In this document: piece after piece, positions 38,509 through 48,894 of the stretch
Layout of the letters: the number at the start of each line of letters is the position of its first letter
How positions within the stretch are numbered: position 1 is the first letter of the stretch
DNA from: a virus
Taxonomy: Duplodnaviria > Caudoviricetes
Direction: 5' to 3' (one strand)
Virus record (IMG/VR): IMGVR_UViG_3300006092_000342
Coordinates: 32,222-96,221 of that record
Length of the DNA: 64,000 nt
Translations under genes and position numbers: made by a program
The notes under the pieces: model-generated
Seen by the model: only the letters and a program-made list of their open reading frames with translations
Database searches by the model: none
What the model was told of the DNA's origin: nothing

Positions 38509-41025
38509 TTACGACGATTTTGACTTAGAAGCCTTGATTTTGTCAACTTCTAGTTCTTTTAATCGGACATAAGTATCAATCTTATGCATCCGTTCTTTAG
38601 CATCACTCAGGATTTTTTGAGTTTCTTCTGCATTTGATTGCCCATCTTGATCGACATCAAATCCCCGATCTAAGGTTTCACTTTGCTTATCCGCTTTATA
38701 TCGATCCGTTTCTAGCCTAGATTCTAATAAATCCTTCTCATGTTTCATTTTTTTATCAGTCTCTTCAGCTTTGCTTCTTAATAACATTTCTTGAAGTTGC
38801 TGCTGCATAGCTTGCTCTTGTTGTCTCTGTTTCTCCATCCGAGCTTTTGCTTTTCGACCTATATTTAGGATTTTTGCAATAGACTTTGTCATTCTGATCT
38901 CTACAACTTCATCAGGTTCTAAGTATCCTGGTTGAACTCTGTTTTGTTCTAAAAGATCTCGTTTAGTAGCATCCAATAATTGAGCATCTTCTACTGAGTT
39001 TACTATTTTGACGTTAAGACTTGCCGCGGCTAAATCCTTTGCAGATTCTTTTGTAAAACTTAAAAAAGCTTTATCGCCATCGTCTGTCATATATCTTGTT
39101 TCCAAGGGATTATTGGAATAGACTTGAATAGCAAGATCAAAATAATTTTGCATTACGTTTTCTTCGATTTGATCCATTAATAGTTCTTCATCTAGAGTCT
39201 GAGCGTTACTCATTTCTATTGAATTTTCTACATTGGCATTGTTTTTATAGGGACTTGGATATCCTAATCGATCAGGATTATAATTCATAGACATAACTGC
39301 ATCATTTCGAATTTCTCTTAAATGTTCTCTTCGTGCTGTTGCATCTACTACATTATTAAAATCAAGAATTTTAATTGCATTAAGCTGATCTACGGTCATT
39401 CCTAATTTCTGGGCATCAATTGGAAGTATTTTTGCGCTTTTTAGATTTCTAGAAAATTCTTCAGGGGTACTTGTGCCTAATACATTAGTTAGTATTTGTA
39501 AAACTTTTCCGATATTATTAGCAATGTCTTTATCTAAAAGACTCGAATGTAAATCATAACTATATTGCATAGTTACTGCTTTCATCATAGGAGATGTATT
39601 AGTAGTATTTCCTTGAAGATTTGATAATGTACCTCCCGAATATTGAAGTTTTACTTTATCAAAAGGATGTAAAACATTTGTATATTGATAAGGCACTCGT
39701 CTTTGTTGAGTAAAAATTCCATTAAAGAATTCTGTAGTTTCATAAATTTCATCAATATTTACCCAATCAAATTTTATATCTCCTTCCCGAGGATTCAATT
39801 GATATTCTGCACTTAAATAATAAATTCCGACAGAACCATCTTCCTCCCAACGATATACTTCTTTTACAGGACGTAATCCTCTTATTTGGCTATGAGCCAT
39901 TGGAACTCCGGATCCATGCATTAAAGGATTAGTCCCATGCATTCCTAAAGTTTTTATCCAATCCATCATTCCTTGCGTACTATTAGTATCAAAACTAACT
40001 TGACCCATAGGAACATTTCCTTTGACAACATTTGCTAAGAATTGTCCTTGGATATCATTATGGCTTCCATGAGGGTTTCCTGTTACTGGAAATTGATTAG
40101 CTAACTTTTGTTCTGCAGGAGTGAGTTGAGGATAATATTCCATATAAAATTGAATAGGACTCATGAAATCTCTATAAACAACTGCATCTGCATTTTCAAA
40201 AAATCGTTCTTCTGGTTTTTTATAGATTTTAGCTTTTAAATAATTCTTATGTTCTAAATAGGGTTTGTTAAATCGAACACCTTGTTTAAATAAACAAGCT
40301 CCTGAAATCATCATACTTTTGTATGCTTCTCTATAATTATCGTAAGCATTTCCTTGCTTAATCAAATAATTAAGAAAGCGAGCACCTCGTTCTTCTACCA
40401 CTGAAACATAATCTTTATTGAATTTTTCAAAAATAGCTTCAGGTAATAAAGCTTGGGCTTGCTCTTGGGCTTGAGATAATAATTGTTTGCGATCATCCGG
40501 TGGAAGAGCTAAAGGATCTTCTACTCCATATTTTTGCAATTCTTGCATATAGAGTTGATTAATTAAAGGATCTACTGTAGTTTCACTTAACCACTGGGCA
40601 AGTTTTTCATTAATTTTTTGTTTAACTAAATTAGCAGTATAACCACTTGTATCGATTATTGAAAATTTAGATCTTCGTGCTGCACGTTCTCCGACTCGAT
40701 GTGCTGCAATTGGACCAATAATTGGAAAATGTCTGAATTTAATATTTGCCGGCAATCCAAAGGGTTGCTCTTTTATTACTTTATTAAAAATTTTACGGCT
40801 GTTTGAAAATCCATTTGAATTGTATAGATCATAACAAATTTCTATTTTTCTTCGCTGAATTTCTGTAAGCTCATTATCTTCTCCATTTTTATAAATGGTG
40901 TGCAATTGCTTATAAACTTCTTTTCGGATTTCTAATCCTTTTTTTTCGGTCAGAGTGTGAATTAAAGAAGACAAATTATAATTAATCCCAAATGTCGACG
41001 TTGATTTCAAGGTTTTCATAATCAT
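38509..41025 (-). CDS. Portal protein
   Basis: 838 aa; HFPIIGP motif, KLQYSG, RLG, Gln-rich coiled C-terminus; directly after terL. Confidence 0.85.
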   Translation of the reverse strand: MIMKTLKSTSTFGINYNLSSLIHTLTEKKGLEIRKEVYKQLHTIYKNGEDNELTEIQRRKIEICYDLYNSNGFSNSRKIFNKVIKEQPFGLPANIKFRHFPIIGPIAAHRVGERAARRSKFSIIDTSGYTANLVKQKINEKLAQWLSETTVDPLINQLYMQELQKYGVEDPLALPPDDRKQLLSQAQEQAQALLPEAIFEKFNKDYVSVVEERGARFLNYLIKQGNAYDNYREAYKSMMISGACLFKQGVRFNKPYLEHKNYLKAKIYKKPEERFFENADAVVYRDFMSPIQFYMEYYPQLTPAEQKLANQFPVTGNPHGSHNDIQGQFLANVVKGNVPMGQVSFDTNSTQGMMDWIKTLGMHGTNPLMHGSGVPMAHSQIRGLRPVKEVYRWEEDGSVGIYYLSAEYQLNPREGDIKFDWVNIDEIYETTEFFNGIFTQQRRVPYQYTNVLHPFDKVKLQYSGGTLSNLQGNTTNTSPMMKAVTMQYSYDLHSSLLDKDIANNIGKVLQILTNVLGTSTPEEFSRNLKSAKILPIDAQKLGMTVDQLNAIKILDFNNVVDATARREHLREIRNDAVMSMNYNPDRLGYPSPYKNNANVENSIEMSNAQTLDEELLMDQIEENVMQNYFDLAIQVYSNNPLETRYMTDDGDKAFLSFTKESAKDLAAASLNVKIVNSVEDAQLLDATKRDLLEQNRVQPGYLEPDEVVEIRMTKSIAKILNIGRKAKARMEKQRQQEQAMQQQLQEMLLRSKAEETDKKMKHEKDLLESRLETDRYKADKQSETLDRGFDVDQDGQSNAEETQKILSDAKERMHKIDTYVRLKELEVDKIKASKSKSS

Positions 41026-43351
41026 GACTAAATAGTTTTAAAATTGAACTTTGTAATTCTTCATATTCTTTCTGATCTGGTTGTGCTGCATCCGTACTTA
41101 GCTCTTGCATTAACCAATACATAAGAACTAACATACAGGAAACTGTATCGAAATTACCTCCGGGTTTGTTATGCCATTTCATAACTTGTTCAATTTGCAT
41201 TCTACAATAGATAGTTTGCAAAGTTGTTACAGGGTCTCCAAACTGATCATAATGATGAATTTGCTTGTAAAAACCATTAAGTAAAGGTAATGCAATACTT
41301 TTTCTTTCAGTTGTCATTACGACACCATATTTGTCTTTAGCAGATTGTCCTTTACTTAAAGCAGCATGAGGTGTAGGTTGTAATAAATGTAGCCAACCTT
41401 TTAATCGAGCTAAAGTCATGACAGGGCCCACATTACCTTCAAATAATAAAAAGCATTCATAATACATACAAGCATAAAACATAATCTCTAATCCAGCTTC
41501 TGCTTCATCTCTTCTACATATAATAGAAAATACAAGAGTACCTTCTAAACATTCACTATCTACTTTTTTATCCGGAATTCCTTTATAAATATATCCGCAA
41601 AAAAGAGAAACTTTTCCTTCAGTACCATCATCTTTTATAGGATCACAAATAGCTTTATGTAAATTACCATAAATTTTTCGAGTAGGTAGAATCGCCGCAG
41701 GATGTTCATAAACTACAGGAACTCCATATAAACTTTTTTCTTTTAAATGGGCATCATGCTCTGTAAGCATTTTATCCTTTAATTTATTGTCTTTTTCCCA
41801 GTGAACTGTTTTCTTTTCTTCATTATATACAAAATTACCTGTCTCCGCTTTTTTAATATAATCTTTTGTACGGTCTAAATAGATTAAATGTTGTGCTGCT
41901 AAATCTTTTGGAAGAGTATAAGATTTACCCGACCCAAACATCTCAGAAGGAATTACAGGATATCTTATTTTTTCTTTTGCTAGTTTCTCTGGATCATTTT
42001 TTAATAATTCTCTAACTTCCATACGAGCGAGAGCTGCTCGATCTAAATCCGTATTTCCCATTTCGTCTTTAACCTTTCGGTCAGTATATAGCGCCGAAAG
42101 GAAAAAAGCTATTTTACCTTCCCCAGGTTCATATTCATTGTCAAAAGCAAGTATATTATTTATTTCAGGATTATAAAAAAAATAGTAAGCATCTCCAACT
42201 TTATCTAACTCTCCAGAAGTTCCGGAATCAAAGCTACTTCCGAATTTAGAATCAATTGCCATACAAGCTTCTTCTAGCTCTCTACATCTTTTATAGTTGG
42301 GATTTTTACCTACTTCATCTCGAGGCATAACAGTATAACGTCCTCCTGTACCTGGTGCTGGATTTTCAGTAGTAGATAATGCCATATGAATCTCTGCTCC
42401 ACTCGCTAATTCATTAGGAGTTTGTTTTCCCTCTTCATCTAAAGCAGTATATTTAATTACATGTTTGTAGGGTCGTTTTACATTATTACCTTCTAATTTC
42501 CCCTCAGATCTTTGATGAAAAGCTCCCGGATAAATTCTAGGTCCATCTCTATAAGCTCCTAATTCATTTTTTACATAATTAAGATTAAGAGTTAATACTT
42601 GAATATAATCGTTTAGATTTTTCTCTACAGGAGTTGAAATTAATATTCTTTTTCCCGCTTTCTTTCGAGCTGCTTTAAAATAATCCGAATTATACCTATG
42701 CATACCATAGGTTTTATATTCATGCAACGTACAACAAATTGCACTAAAGGAAGTTTTAGTACCTCCCCGACTTCCAAAAGTTAATAAATCTAAAGCGGTA
42801 TTTTCATATAAAGGTAAACCCATCGCTTCTGGATGGGTTTGTTTCAAATAAGTAAGGGCATCTACATATTCTTTAAATGTTCCGTTCTTTTTTAGATAAG
42901 ATCCGTTACTCATGTCAATGCGATATTTATCATCCTCTGTAAGAGGTTGCTTTCGAATCATTTTTAATAAAGGACGAAAACAACTTCGTTTAGGATCATC
43001 TTCACATCCACTAAACCCTCGACAAGTCAACCAATTGTAACTAAAAATCCATTCTAAGTCATGACAAAATGGTTTGATAGGTACAAAGGTTTGTCCTCGT
43101 TGAACAGGAACAACAGCGCCATTAACAAAATAAAAAAGACAAGGAGGCATGTAACGCCAGCCTCCTAATGTTTTGTTTTTCTTCTTGATACCGTCAAATC
43201 CCCAAAGCCCTTCAACCATTTTTTGTTCGAAACGACCCCAATAATCGCGATATAATGCAGATTCTGGATGTAAATCAGTGGGATGATCTCTATCTACAAA
43301 TGGAGATAAATCATAAATAGTAGGGAGTAATTTTACTTTTTTAATCTCCAT
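40982..43351 (-). CDS. terL: Terminase large subunit
   Basis: Walker A-like GSRGGTKTS, Walker B-like RDEVG, coupling motif GTSG; nuclease residues in ICDPI, FEGN, NFDTV. Confidence 0.9.
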   Translation of the reverse strand: MEIKKVKLLPTIYDLSPFVDRDHPTDLHPESALYRDYWGRFEQKMVEGLWGFDGIKKKNKTLGGWRYMPPCLFYFVNGAVVPVQRGQTFVPIKPFCHDLEWIFSYNWLTCRGFSGCEDDPKRSCFRPLLKMIRKQPLTEDDKYRIDMSNGSYLKKNGTFKEYVDALTYLKQTHPEAMGLPLYENTALDLLTFGSRGGTKTSFSAICCTLHEYKTYGMHRYNSDYFKAARKKAGKRILISTPVEKNLNDYIQVLTLNLNYVKNELGAYRDGPRIYPGAFHQRSEGKLEGNNVKRPYKHVIKYTALDEEGKQTPNELASGAEIHMALSTTENPAPGTGGRYTVMPRDEVGKNPNYKRCRELEEACMAIDSKFGSSFDSGTSGELDKVGDAYYFFYNPEINNILAFDNEYEPGEGKIAFFLSALYTDRKVKDEMGNTDLDRAALARMEVRELLKNDPEKLAKEKIRYPVIPSEMFGSGKSYTLPKDLAAQHLIYLDRTKDYIKKAETGNFVYNEEKKTVHWEKDNKLKDKMLTEHDAHLKEKSLYGVPVVYEHPAAILPTRKIYGNLHKAICDPIKDDGTEGKVSLFCGYIYKGIPDKKVDSECLEGTLVFSIICRRDEAEAGLEIMFYACMYYECFLLFEGNVGPVMTLARLKGWLHLLQPTPHAALSKGQSAKDKYGVVMTTERKSIALPLLNGFYKQIHHYDQFGDPVTTLQTIYCRMQIEQVMKWHNKPGGNFDTVSCMLVLMYWLMQELSTDAAQPDQKEYEELQSSILKLFSHDYENLEINVDIWD

Positions 43352-43844
43352 CTTCTAGCTCTCTTTGGTCTCGCATACTTAATAATTCATTTCCACGAGT
43401 ATGTTTGCTTGAGACCTTTGCAGCTTTTTGTCTTCCATCTAGAAGAGTTTCTTTTAAATCATTAAAATCCCGGACTAATTCTCTAATGGCTTTAATTGTA
43501 GTACTACTAGTTTTATCCGAACTTGTGGAAATTTCAGAAGCTTGGCGCATTGTTTTGTCCAGAATGTGTTTGATATCAGCATAATATCGTAATTCTGTTG
43601 GAATACATTCATCTTGAAACAACCGCACTAAACCTTGCTTTTCAAGATCTGCATATTTGATTCCTCGTAAAATTTTAGATTCTACATGTTTAACCTTTTC
43701 ATCAAAAGGACGTTCAAAACTAATATTTAAAGGATGATAAATATACACTAATCCATTTATAATAGCATCTATATCTAATCCACTTTTATACAATGACTCT
43801 AATCGAATCATAAAATCTGATTGAGGATCTAGACGAATTACCAT
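43341..43844 (-). CDS. Candidate terminase small subunit
   Basis: Helical 167 aa protein immediately upstream of terL; positional inference only. Confidence 0.4.
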   Translation of the reverse strand: MVIRLDPQSDFMIRLESLYKSGLDIDAIINGLVYIYHPLNISFERPFDEKVKHVESKILRGIKYADLEKQGLVRLFQDECIPTELRYYADIKHILDKTMRQASEISTSSDKTSSTTIKAIRELVRDFNDLKETLLDGRQKAAKVSSKHTRGNELLSMRDQRELEDGD

Positions 43845-43846
43845 TA

Positions 43847-44005
43847 TTAAGCTAGTCTTACAAATTTCCCATTAATGATCTGAAATTTAAAAAGAGGTTT
43901 TTTCTTTTTTAAATCAGAACTTTTAATTTCTGTACACACGTTTATTTCAGCAACATTATTTGTTTTTAAATAATCTTGCTTTCCATTTTCAATTAAAACT
44001 TTCAT
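43847..44005 (-). CDS. Small hypothetical protein (52 aa)
   Basis: Below ORF-track cutoff. MKVLIENGK...GKFVRLA fills the gap, with TAATG coupling to the upstream gene. Confidence 0.6.
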   Translation of the reverse strand: MKVLIENGKQDYLKTNNVAEINVCTEIKSSDLKKKKPLFKFQIINGKFVRLA

Positions 44006-44496
44006 TAGTTTAAATCGATTATGTAATCTACTTGAATTTTACTTGTAAAACACATAGGATTATAACGTGCATATCCATCTGTACTAAAAATGAATTTTTC
44101 ATTTTCACTTTCTTTAAAAAAGACTTCAAAATCAAAACTACGTGCTACTTTTTTAGCTCCGTTTTGAACATCTTGACTTGCTTTTAAATCTTCTAAAGTA
44201 GGTACACTCAGTTCTGAAATAAATGCAAAAACTTTTCCCCAATCTTCATCTTCTTTGAATTTAATTTCCCAAACATTACTACACGCACATCCGGGAATCA
44301 CATGAGTTGGTGTAGTTTTTTGACCATTAAATCTTAATTTAATTGGTTTTTTCTCTCCAGGTTTTGTTAATCCAACACTTATTTGAATTTTAGAAGCTCC
44401 CATTTGAGCCCCCCATCCGCTATAAATATCAGATATAAATTCCTGAGCTTGTTTGTCTTTGTCATTAACTAATGACGTCATTTCTGATCTGTCCAT
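44005..44496 (-). CDS. DUF1573-like protein (PGCAC motif)
   Basis: VIPGCACS in a beta-rich context resembles the xSCGCT motif of DUF1573. Confidence 0.5.
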   Translation of the reverse strand: MDRSEMTSLVNDKDKQAQEFISDIYSGWGAQMGASKIQISVGLTKPGEKKPIKLRFNGQKTTPTHVIPGCACSNVWEIKFKEDEDWGKVFAFISELSVPTLEDLKASQDVQNGAKKVARSFDFEVFFKESENEKFIFSTDGYARYNPMCFTSKIQVDYIIDLN

Positions 44497-44504
44497 AAAT
44501 TGTA

Positions 44505-44942
44505 TTAATTAAAAAGTTTATTAAAATCTTCTTCTGAGATATCTTGAATTTTCTTTCGAGGTTTCTGAAATATTTTTAATTCAAAATGATTATCTCTTGC
44601 AAATTTTTGAAAATCAGGGAGCATTCCAAACCATTTACCTTTATGGCAATAATTATTTGCCGGTAATATATTAGCAGGAGTAGTACATCCACAACCATCA
44701 CAGAAACCTCTTTGCATACAATCTGAACATTGTAAATGTCGATAGACTATATAAAAAGCACGGTCTACTTCTGAGATAGGAACTTCTGTTTTTTCTCCGA
44801 GAATTTTTAAAATCGGATATTCGAGTAAATGGTAAATGATATAAATAAAGCGCTTGATATCTGCAATATAATATCCAACAAGGAAAGCTTTCCATTTATA
44901 TGGAGAAATTAAATCTTTATATTTCAGCCTTGTTATTTTCAT
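44505..44942 (-). CDS. Metal-binding protein, CxxC...CxxCGC...C.KGKW (DUF6171-like)
   Basis: RHLQCSDC-MQRGF-CDGCGC...YCHKGKW. Confidence 0.55.
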   Translation of the reverse strand: MKITRLKYKDLISPYKWKAFLVGYYIADIKRFIYIIYHLLEYPILKILGEKTEVPISEVDRAFYIVYRHLQCSDCMQRGFCDGCGCTTPANILPANNYCHKGKWFGMLPDFQKFARDNHFELKIFQKPRKKIQDISEEDFNKLFN

Positions 44943-45693
44943 CTACTAAAGATTGAAGGTGTTCTAAAACATAAGCTTTATTTAATTTGCCCCGGATAAA
45001 AGATTCTGGAACAAGAAATCGTGTATTAAAATTAGAATAAGCATCAAAAATGCTATCTGCAATTCCATACTCAATTGTCCATTCCATTATTTGACCCCAA
45101 TATCTTGGAGGTTCCCATCCTATTGCCATGGCCATATCTCCACGCTCTGCTGCAGCAACGGCATCACTACTTTTACGTCTTTCTGCCCACGAATTCCATT
45201 CCGGATTAGGTCCAAATTCCATAATGGAACTTTGAATTCGAACTAAATCATTCTTATTGTATCGCGATTCCATACCACTTGTTTGTATAACTTTCGCTAT
45301 TGGATAAATAATATGATTTAATTGAACTCTTCCTCTAGAATCTGTATAAGCGGTAGCAGGCATAGCTAAAGTAAATACATTAATTTCAATCCAACCTTGT
45401 TGAATAGTTTCATGCCAACTTTTATGGTCATGTTCTAAAAATTCTTTTTGAAAAATGGCTTGAATTTGCTCAAAAGGATTTTTCTTTTTTGTTGTAACCA
45501 ACCCACTTTCTGATTTCTCAAAAGCATTTAAGTCTTTAAAAGTAGATTTATGATGATCCTTTCCAAGAGGTGCTCCTCCATTTAGTTCATTATTATTCAC
45601 AGTGCCTACTTCTCCCGCAGCAAAATCCAAACCCGGATCCCTATCTATAACGGGTTCTGTACTTTTCCATTTTTCTTCTGTATTTTCCTTCAT
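44917..45693 (-). CDS. Divergent GroES-like co-chaperonin candidate
   Basis: Ordered GroES-like elements: GWIEINV / TDSRGRVQL / AKVIQTSG...NKNDLVRI / FLVPESFIRGKL, with an N-terminal extension and an insertion. Confidence 0.4.
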   Translation of the reverse strand: MKENTEEKWKSTEPVIDRDPGLDFAAGEVGTVNNNELNGGAPLGKDHHKSTFKDLNAFEKSESGLVTTKKKNPFEQIQAIFQKEFLEHDHKSWHETIQQGWIEINVFTLAMPATAYTDSRGRVQLNHIIYPIAKVIQTSGMESRYNKNDLVRIQSSIMEFGPNPEWNSWAERRKSSDAVAAAERGDMAMAIGWEPPRYWGQIMEWTIEYGIADSIFDAYSNFNTRFLVPESFIRGKLNKAYVLEHLQSLVDENNKAEI

Positions 45694-46000
45694 GTTTATC
45701 TAAATTTTTTGTATTATTTAATGCATTCTTAAAATGATTAATTACCATATCATGATATTCCTGTGTTACATCTCCCATAACTAGTGCATTTTTTATAGCA
45801 TCAAGCCTCTTAAAAATAGATTCTAGATTTTTTTCGAAATAGAAAAATTGATCTATTATTATTTTAGGCATTATAGGAAGTTGAATGTAAAATTTAATAC
45901 GTTCAAAAAATAAATCGTACATTTCTTCCACATCTTTTACAGGAATACCAAGCTGATTACTTACGTCTAAGCAAATTTGCTTTGTATCGATTCTTTTCAT
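45641..46000 (-). CDS. HU/IHF-like DNA-binding protein
   Basis: TKQICLDVSNQLGIPVKDVEEMYDLFFERI...KIIIDQFFYF follows the HU helix1-helix2-strand pattern. Confidence 0.6.
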   Translation of the reverse strand: MKRIDTKQICLDVSNQLGIPVKDVEEMYDLFFERIKFYIQLPIMPKIIIDQFFYFEKNLESIFKRLDAIKNALVMGDVTQEYHDMVINHFKNALNNTKNLDKHEGKYRRKMEKYRTRYR

Positions 46001-46383
46001 CCAGAAATAGTTAGGCTGTTATCTTCAATTTTTACTAAAAACTGAAATAGTTGCTCAGTATTAATATTTAATAACGGACCTATATTATCTTTAAAGTAAA
46101 ATACACATTCTTTGTCGCAATCTTGTACTAACCATTCTTTATCGATAAGGATATTTCGGTAGATAAACACATGCGCGTTTCGCCAACGCCGAAGCGCTAA
46201 TTGTTTCATACATTCTTTAGAAAATAAAACAACACCCATTTTCTGGCAAAACAGTAAACCGATTAAAAAATCCTTTTCTTTAGTTGCAAGACCTTGCTTT
46301 CCGGTCATAGCCGCTATGTAATCTAGAGCCCAGGCATAGTAATCCTCTAAATTTTTGAAAGATAGCTGAGGAATTTGACTCAT
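45997..46383 (-). CDS. Putative winged-helix DNA-binding protein
   Basis: LATKEKDFL...YRNILIDKEWL; first gene of the late operon. Confidence 0.4.
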   Translation of the reverse strand: MSQIPQLSFKNLEDYYAWALDYIAAMTGKQGLATKEKDFLIGLLFCQKMGVVLFSKECMKQLALRRWRNAHVFIYRNILIDKEWLVQDCDKECVFYFKDNIGPLLNINTEQLFQFLVKIEDNSLTISG

Positions 46384-46391
46384 ATTGGGTT

Positions 46392-46399
46392 CAAAATTA
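46392..46399 (-). promoter_or_regulatory. Bacteroidota -7 element TAATTTTG at the head of the structural operon
   Basis: Matches TAnnTTTG, 8 nt before ATG 46383. Confidence 0.6.
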
Positions 46400-46435
46400 A
46401 AATTTTTTACTTTAATTTACATAAAATTTTATTAT

Positions 46436-47254
46436 ATGATTTCATTTGACGAAATAAACCACATCTATCGCCATGATTCTCAGATAATTACCTCGGTTAC
46501 CCAAAGGCTAAAAACTTTTGCAAAAAGCTTTGAATCTCATTATTGGGCCGCTTATGGCGTTGTAAAAAATACCATGGGCGAAGCTGAATTCCAAGCTGCT
46601 AAACCTACAAAAATTCCAGATATCAAGTGGTTAGAAGAACAAATGCTTAATTTTCCAGATGTTGATTTTTCTAAATTAATTGAAGCTCAGGAAAATAGTT
46701 GGGAGGTAGGAGGTTCCAAAGCAAGTATAAAAGGTACTGCAGGTCATAAAGAAGAAGAAAAGCTAGCTTTAGAGGCAAAACAAAACAGAAGTCCTTTTAA
46801 CATGAAAATTTACGAAGTTCGAACTAGTGCTTATGTCCGGGAAGATGGCCTCAAAATAAGTAACATAGAGGATTTGGCTTTACTAGAAGATGGAATGTAT
46901 CCTGAGCAATTATGTTGGTATCTCCCTTTTTATATGGGAACCTCTGATCGAGTTTATATTGAAACTATTAATAGCAAACGTTATGTCGATCTTGTAGAGT
47001 TTAAATTTGTAAAAACTATTGATAAGACTTCCCAAGAAAAAATGCACTATCCCATTCAGCATGTAGCTAACTGTAGATATAACCGGTTTGCTCTACAACT
47101 AACCATGTATGCTAAATGTTTTGAAATTGCAGGATTTAATGTTCGGAAACTAGCGATTCTTCACAATACGAAGTACTTACCAGTACCTTATATGGAATTA
47201 GAAATGACTAGGATTGAACAGTATTTAAGGGATTCCCAAGAGGGGTTTTTATAA
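46436..47254 (+). CDS. PD-(D/E)XK exonuclease
   Basis: FDEINHIY, SVTQ, GTAGH, GTSD, VEFK and QLTMY motifs; real ATG at 46436. Confidence 0.85.
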   Translation: MISFDEINHIYRHDSQIITSVTQRLKTFAKSFESHYWAAYGVVKNTMGEAEFQAAKPTKIPDIKWLEEQMLNFPDVDFSKLIEAQENSWEVGGSKASIKGTAGHKEEEKLALEAKQNRSPFNMKIYEVRTSAYVREDGLKISNIEDLALLEDGMYPEQLCWYLPFYMGTSDRVYIETINSKRYVDLVEFKFVKTIDKTSQEKMHYPIQHVANCRYNRFALQLTMYAKCFEIAGFNVRKLAILHNTKYLPVPYMELEMTRIEQYLRDSQEGFL

Positions 47255-48854
47255 CAAATTGCCGGTATAAAAGAGCTTCTGTTAATAAGATCATAGTTGC
47301 TACTGAAACTCCATTTAATAAAGCTTCTTTTATAACTTTAAAAGGATCTATAATACCTTCTTGAATTAAGTCACATTCTTGTCCTGTTAAAGAATTGATT
47401 CCTACAGAATAAGAATAATGAAATAGTCTTTGTAAAACTTTTACTCCGGACTCATCTAGGACTAATGGAATAGTATTGGGATAGTCTGCATTTTTTTGAA
47501 TAGTACTTAATGGAAGTAATAAACAAGAACAAAAAGCTATCCCTATTTCATCATCTTCCGATAATTGTTCTCGGATTTCTAAAGCGGCTCTTCCTAGGGG
47601 ATATCCAGCACCTGGTAAAATTCCTTCAGCTAAAGCTGCTTTACAAGCTTGTTTAGCATCATCTACTCGGTCTTTCTTTTCTCGCAATTCTAAGTCAGTA
47701 GAGGCTCCTACATTAATTACGGCAACGCCTCCCAATAAACGGGTTAAACGTGCTTTTGCAAAATCTCTTTCAACACTACTTACAGTCTTTCCGATTTCAG
47801 TCTGAATTTCTGATACTAATTGATCTATAACTTCTTTTTTCCCATGGCCTCCCACAATAGTAGTATGAACTTCATTAACTTCAATCTTTTCTGCAAAACC
47901 AATATCAGAAGGTTTTAAGTTAGCTAAACTTTCGCGATCACACTCAATCACACGACCTCCTGTAGTTGCTGCAATATCTTGAAGACATGCTAGCTGATAT
48001 CTAATAGGTTTAGGTGTTTTTACACATACTCCTTGCCATCCATTAGAAATATAATTTTCAACTAAGATAGTTTGAACTCTTAGGTCATAATCATTTGCAA
48101 TAATTAAGATAGGTTGCCTTTTGTTATGGAAATTGTCTAAAGCATTTTGAATTTCATTTAAGCTAAATAATTTTCCATGAATTAAAAGGATATGACATTT
48201 ATCATATACTGCAGAAGCTATTTTAGGAGCATTGACAAAATAAGGACTAGTAAATCCGGCATTAATTTGAGCACCTCTTACCATATCAACATAAGTTTCA
48301 ATTGAAGAAGATTCTGCAATACTTACAATACCGTGTTTACCTATATCAAAAACAGCTTCTCCAATAAGTTTACCTAAACTAGGAGAATTATTACTAGCTA
48401 TTGTAGCAATTTGTACAAGTTTTTCTTTTGTAACATCCTTATCTACATATTTCGAAAGAATCTCTAGAGTTTTTTCGGCTAATTCATCCCATCTTTTTTT
48501 GATAATAACCGGTGAATTTTCTTTATTAGTTAATTCAATACCAATTTGAATTAATCCTTGAGCAAGAACTGTAGCAGTTGTTGTTCCATCTCCGGCACGT
48601 TCTGCTGTTTTTGCAGCTGCCTCTCGAATCATCATTGCTCCCATATTTTCGATAGGATCTAAGAGGATTACATTTTGAGCTACAGTTACTCCATCTTTTG
48701 TAGTATTTAATCTTTCATTCTCTCGTTTAATAACAACAGTTCTTCCAGAAGGACCTAATGTAACTTTAACGGCATTTGCTAACTTATTTATACCGATGAT
48801 TATTTTATCTCGAGCTTCCTTTCCTAAGAGTAAATCGTAATTATTTGTTGACAT
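47208..48854 (-). CDS. groL: Chaperonin GroEL (phage-encoded)
   Basis: VKVTLGPSGR, TKDGVTVA, AGDGTTTATVLA, EKKDRVDDA, GIIDP; no C-terminal GGM tail. Confidence 0.97.
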   Translation of the reverse strand: MSTNNYDLLLGKEARDKIIIGINKLANAVKVTLGPSGRTVVIKRENERLNTTKDGVTVAQNVILLDPIENMGAMMIREAAAKTAERAGDGTTTATVLAQGLIQIGIELTNKENSPVIIKKRWDELAEKTLEILSKYVDKDVTKEKLVQIATIASNNSPSLGKLIGEAVFDIGKHGIVSIAESSSIETYVDMVRGAQINAGFTSPYFVNAPKIASAVYDKCHILLIHGKLFSLNEIQNALDNFHNKRQPILIIANDYDLRVQTILVENYISNGWQGVCVKTPKPIRYQLACLQDIAATTGGRVIECDRESLANLKPSDIGFAEKIEVNEVHTTIVGGHGKKEVIDQLVSEIQTEIGKTVSSVERDFAKARLTRLLGGVAVINVGASTDLELREKKDRVDDAKQACKAALAEGILPGAGYPLGRAALEIREQLSEDDEIGIAFCSCLLLPLSTIQKNADYPNTIPLVLDESGVKVLQRLFHYSYSVGINSLTGQECDLIQEGIIDPFKVIKEALLNGVSVATMILLTEALLYRQFVIKTPLGNPLNTVQS

Positions 48855-48894
48855 ATTTTTATTGAATTAATTTAGTATAATTTGATATTTGGAA

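Noticed and set aside
35618-43351. Introns or inteins in terL, portal or MCP
   Set aside because: Genes are contiguous and of normal size, with no intein ends or homing endonuclease.
44505-44942. Erv1/ALR sulfhydryl oxidase completing a poxvirus-like pathway
   Set aside because: The pattern is a multi-Cys metal-binding motif; the Erv W...HNxVN FAD signature is absent.
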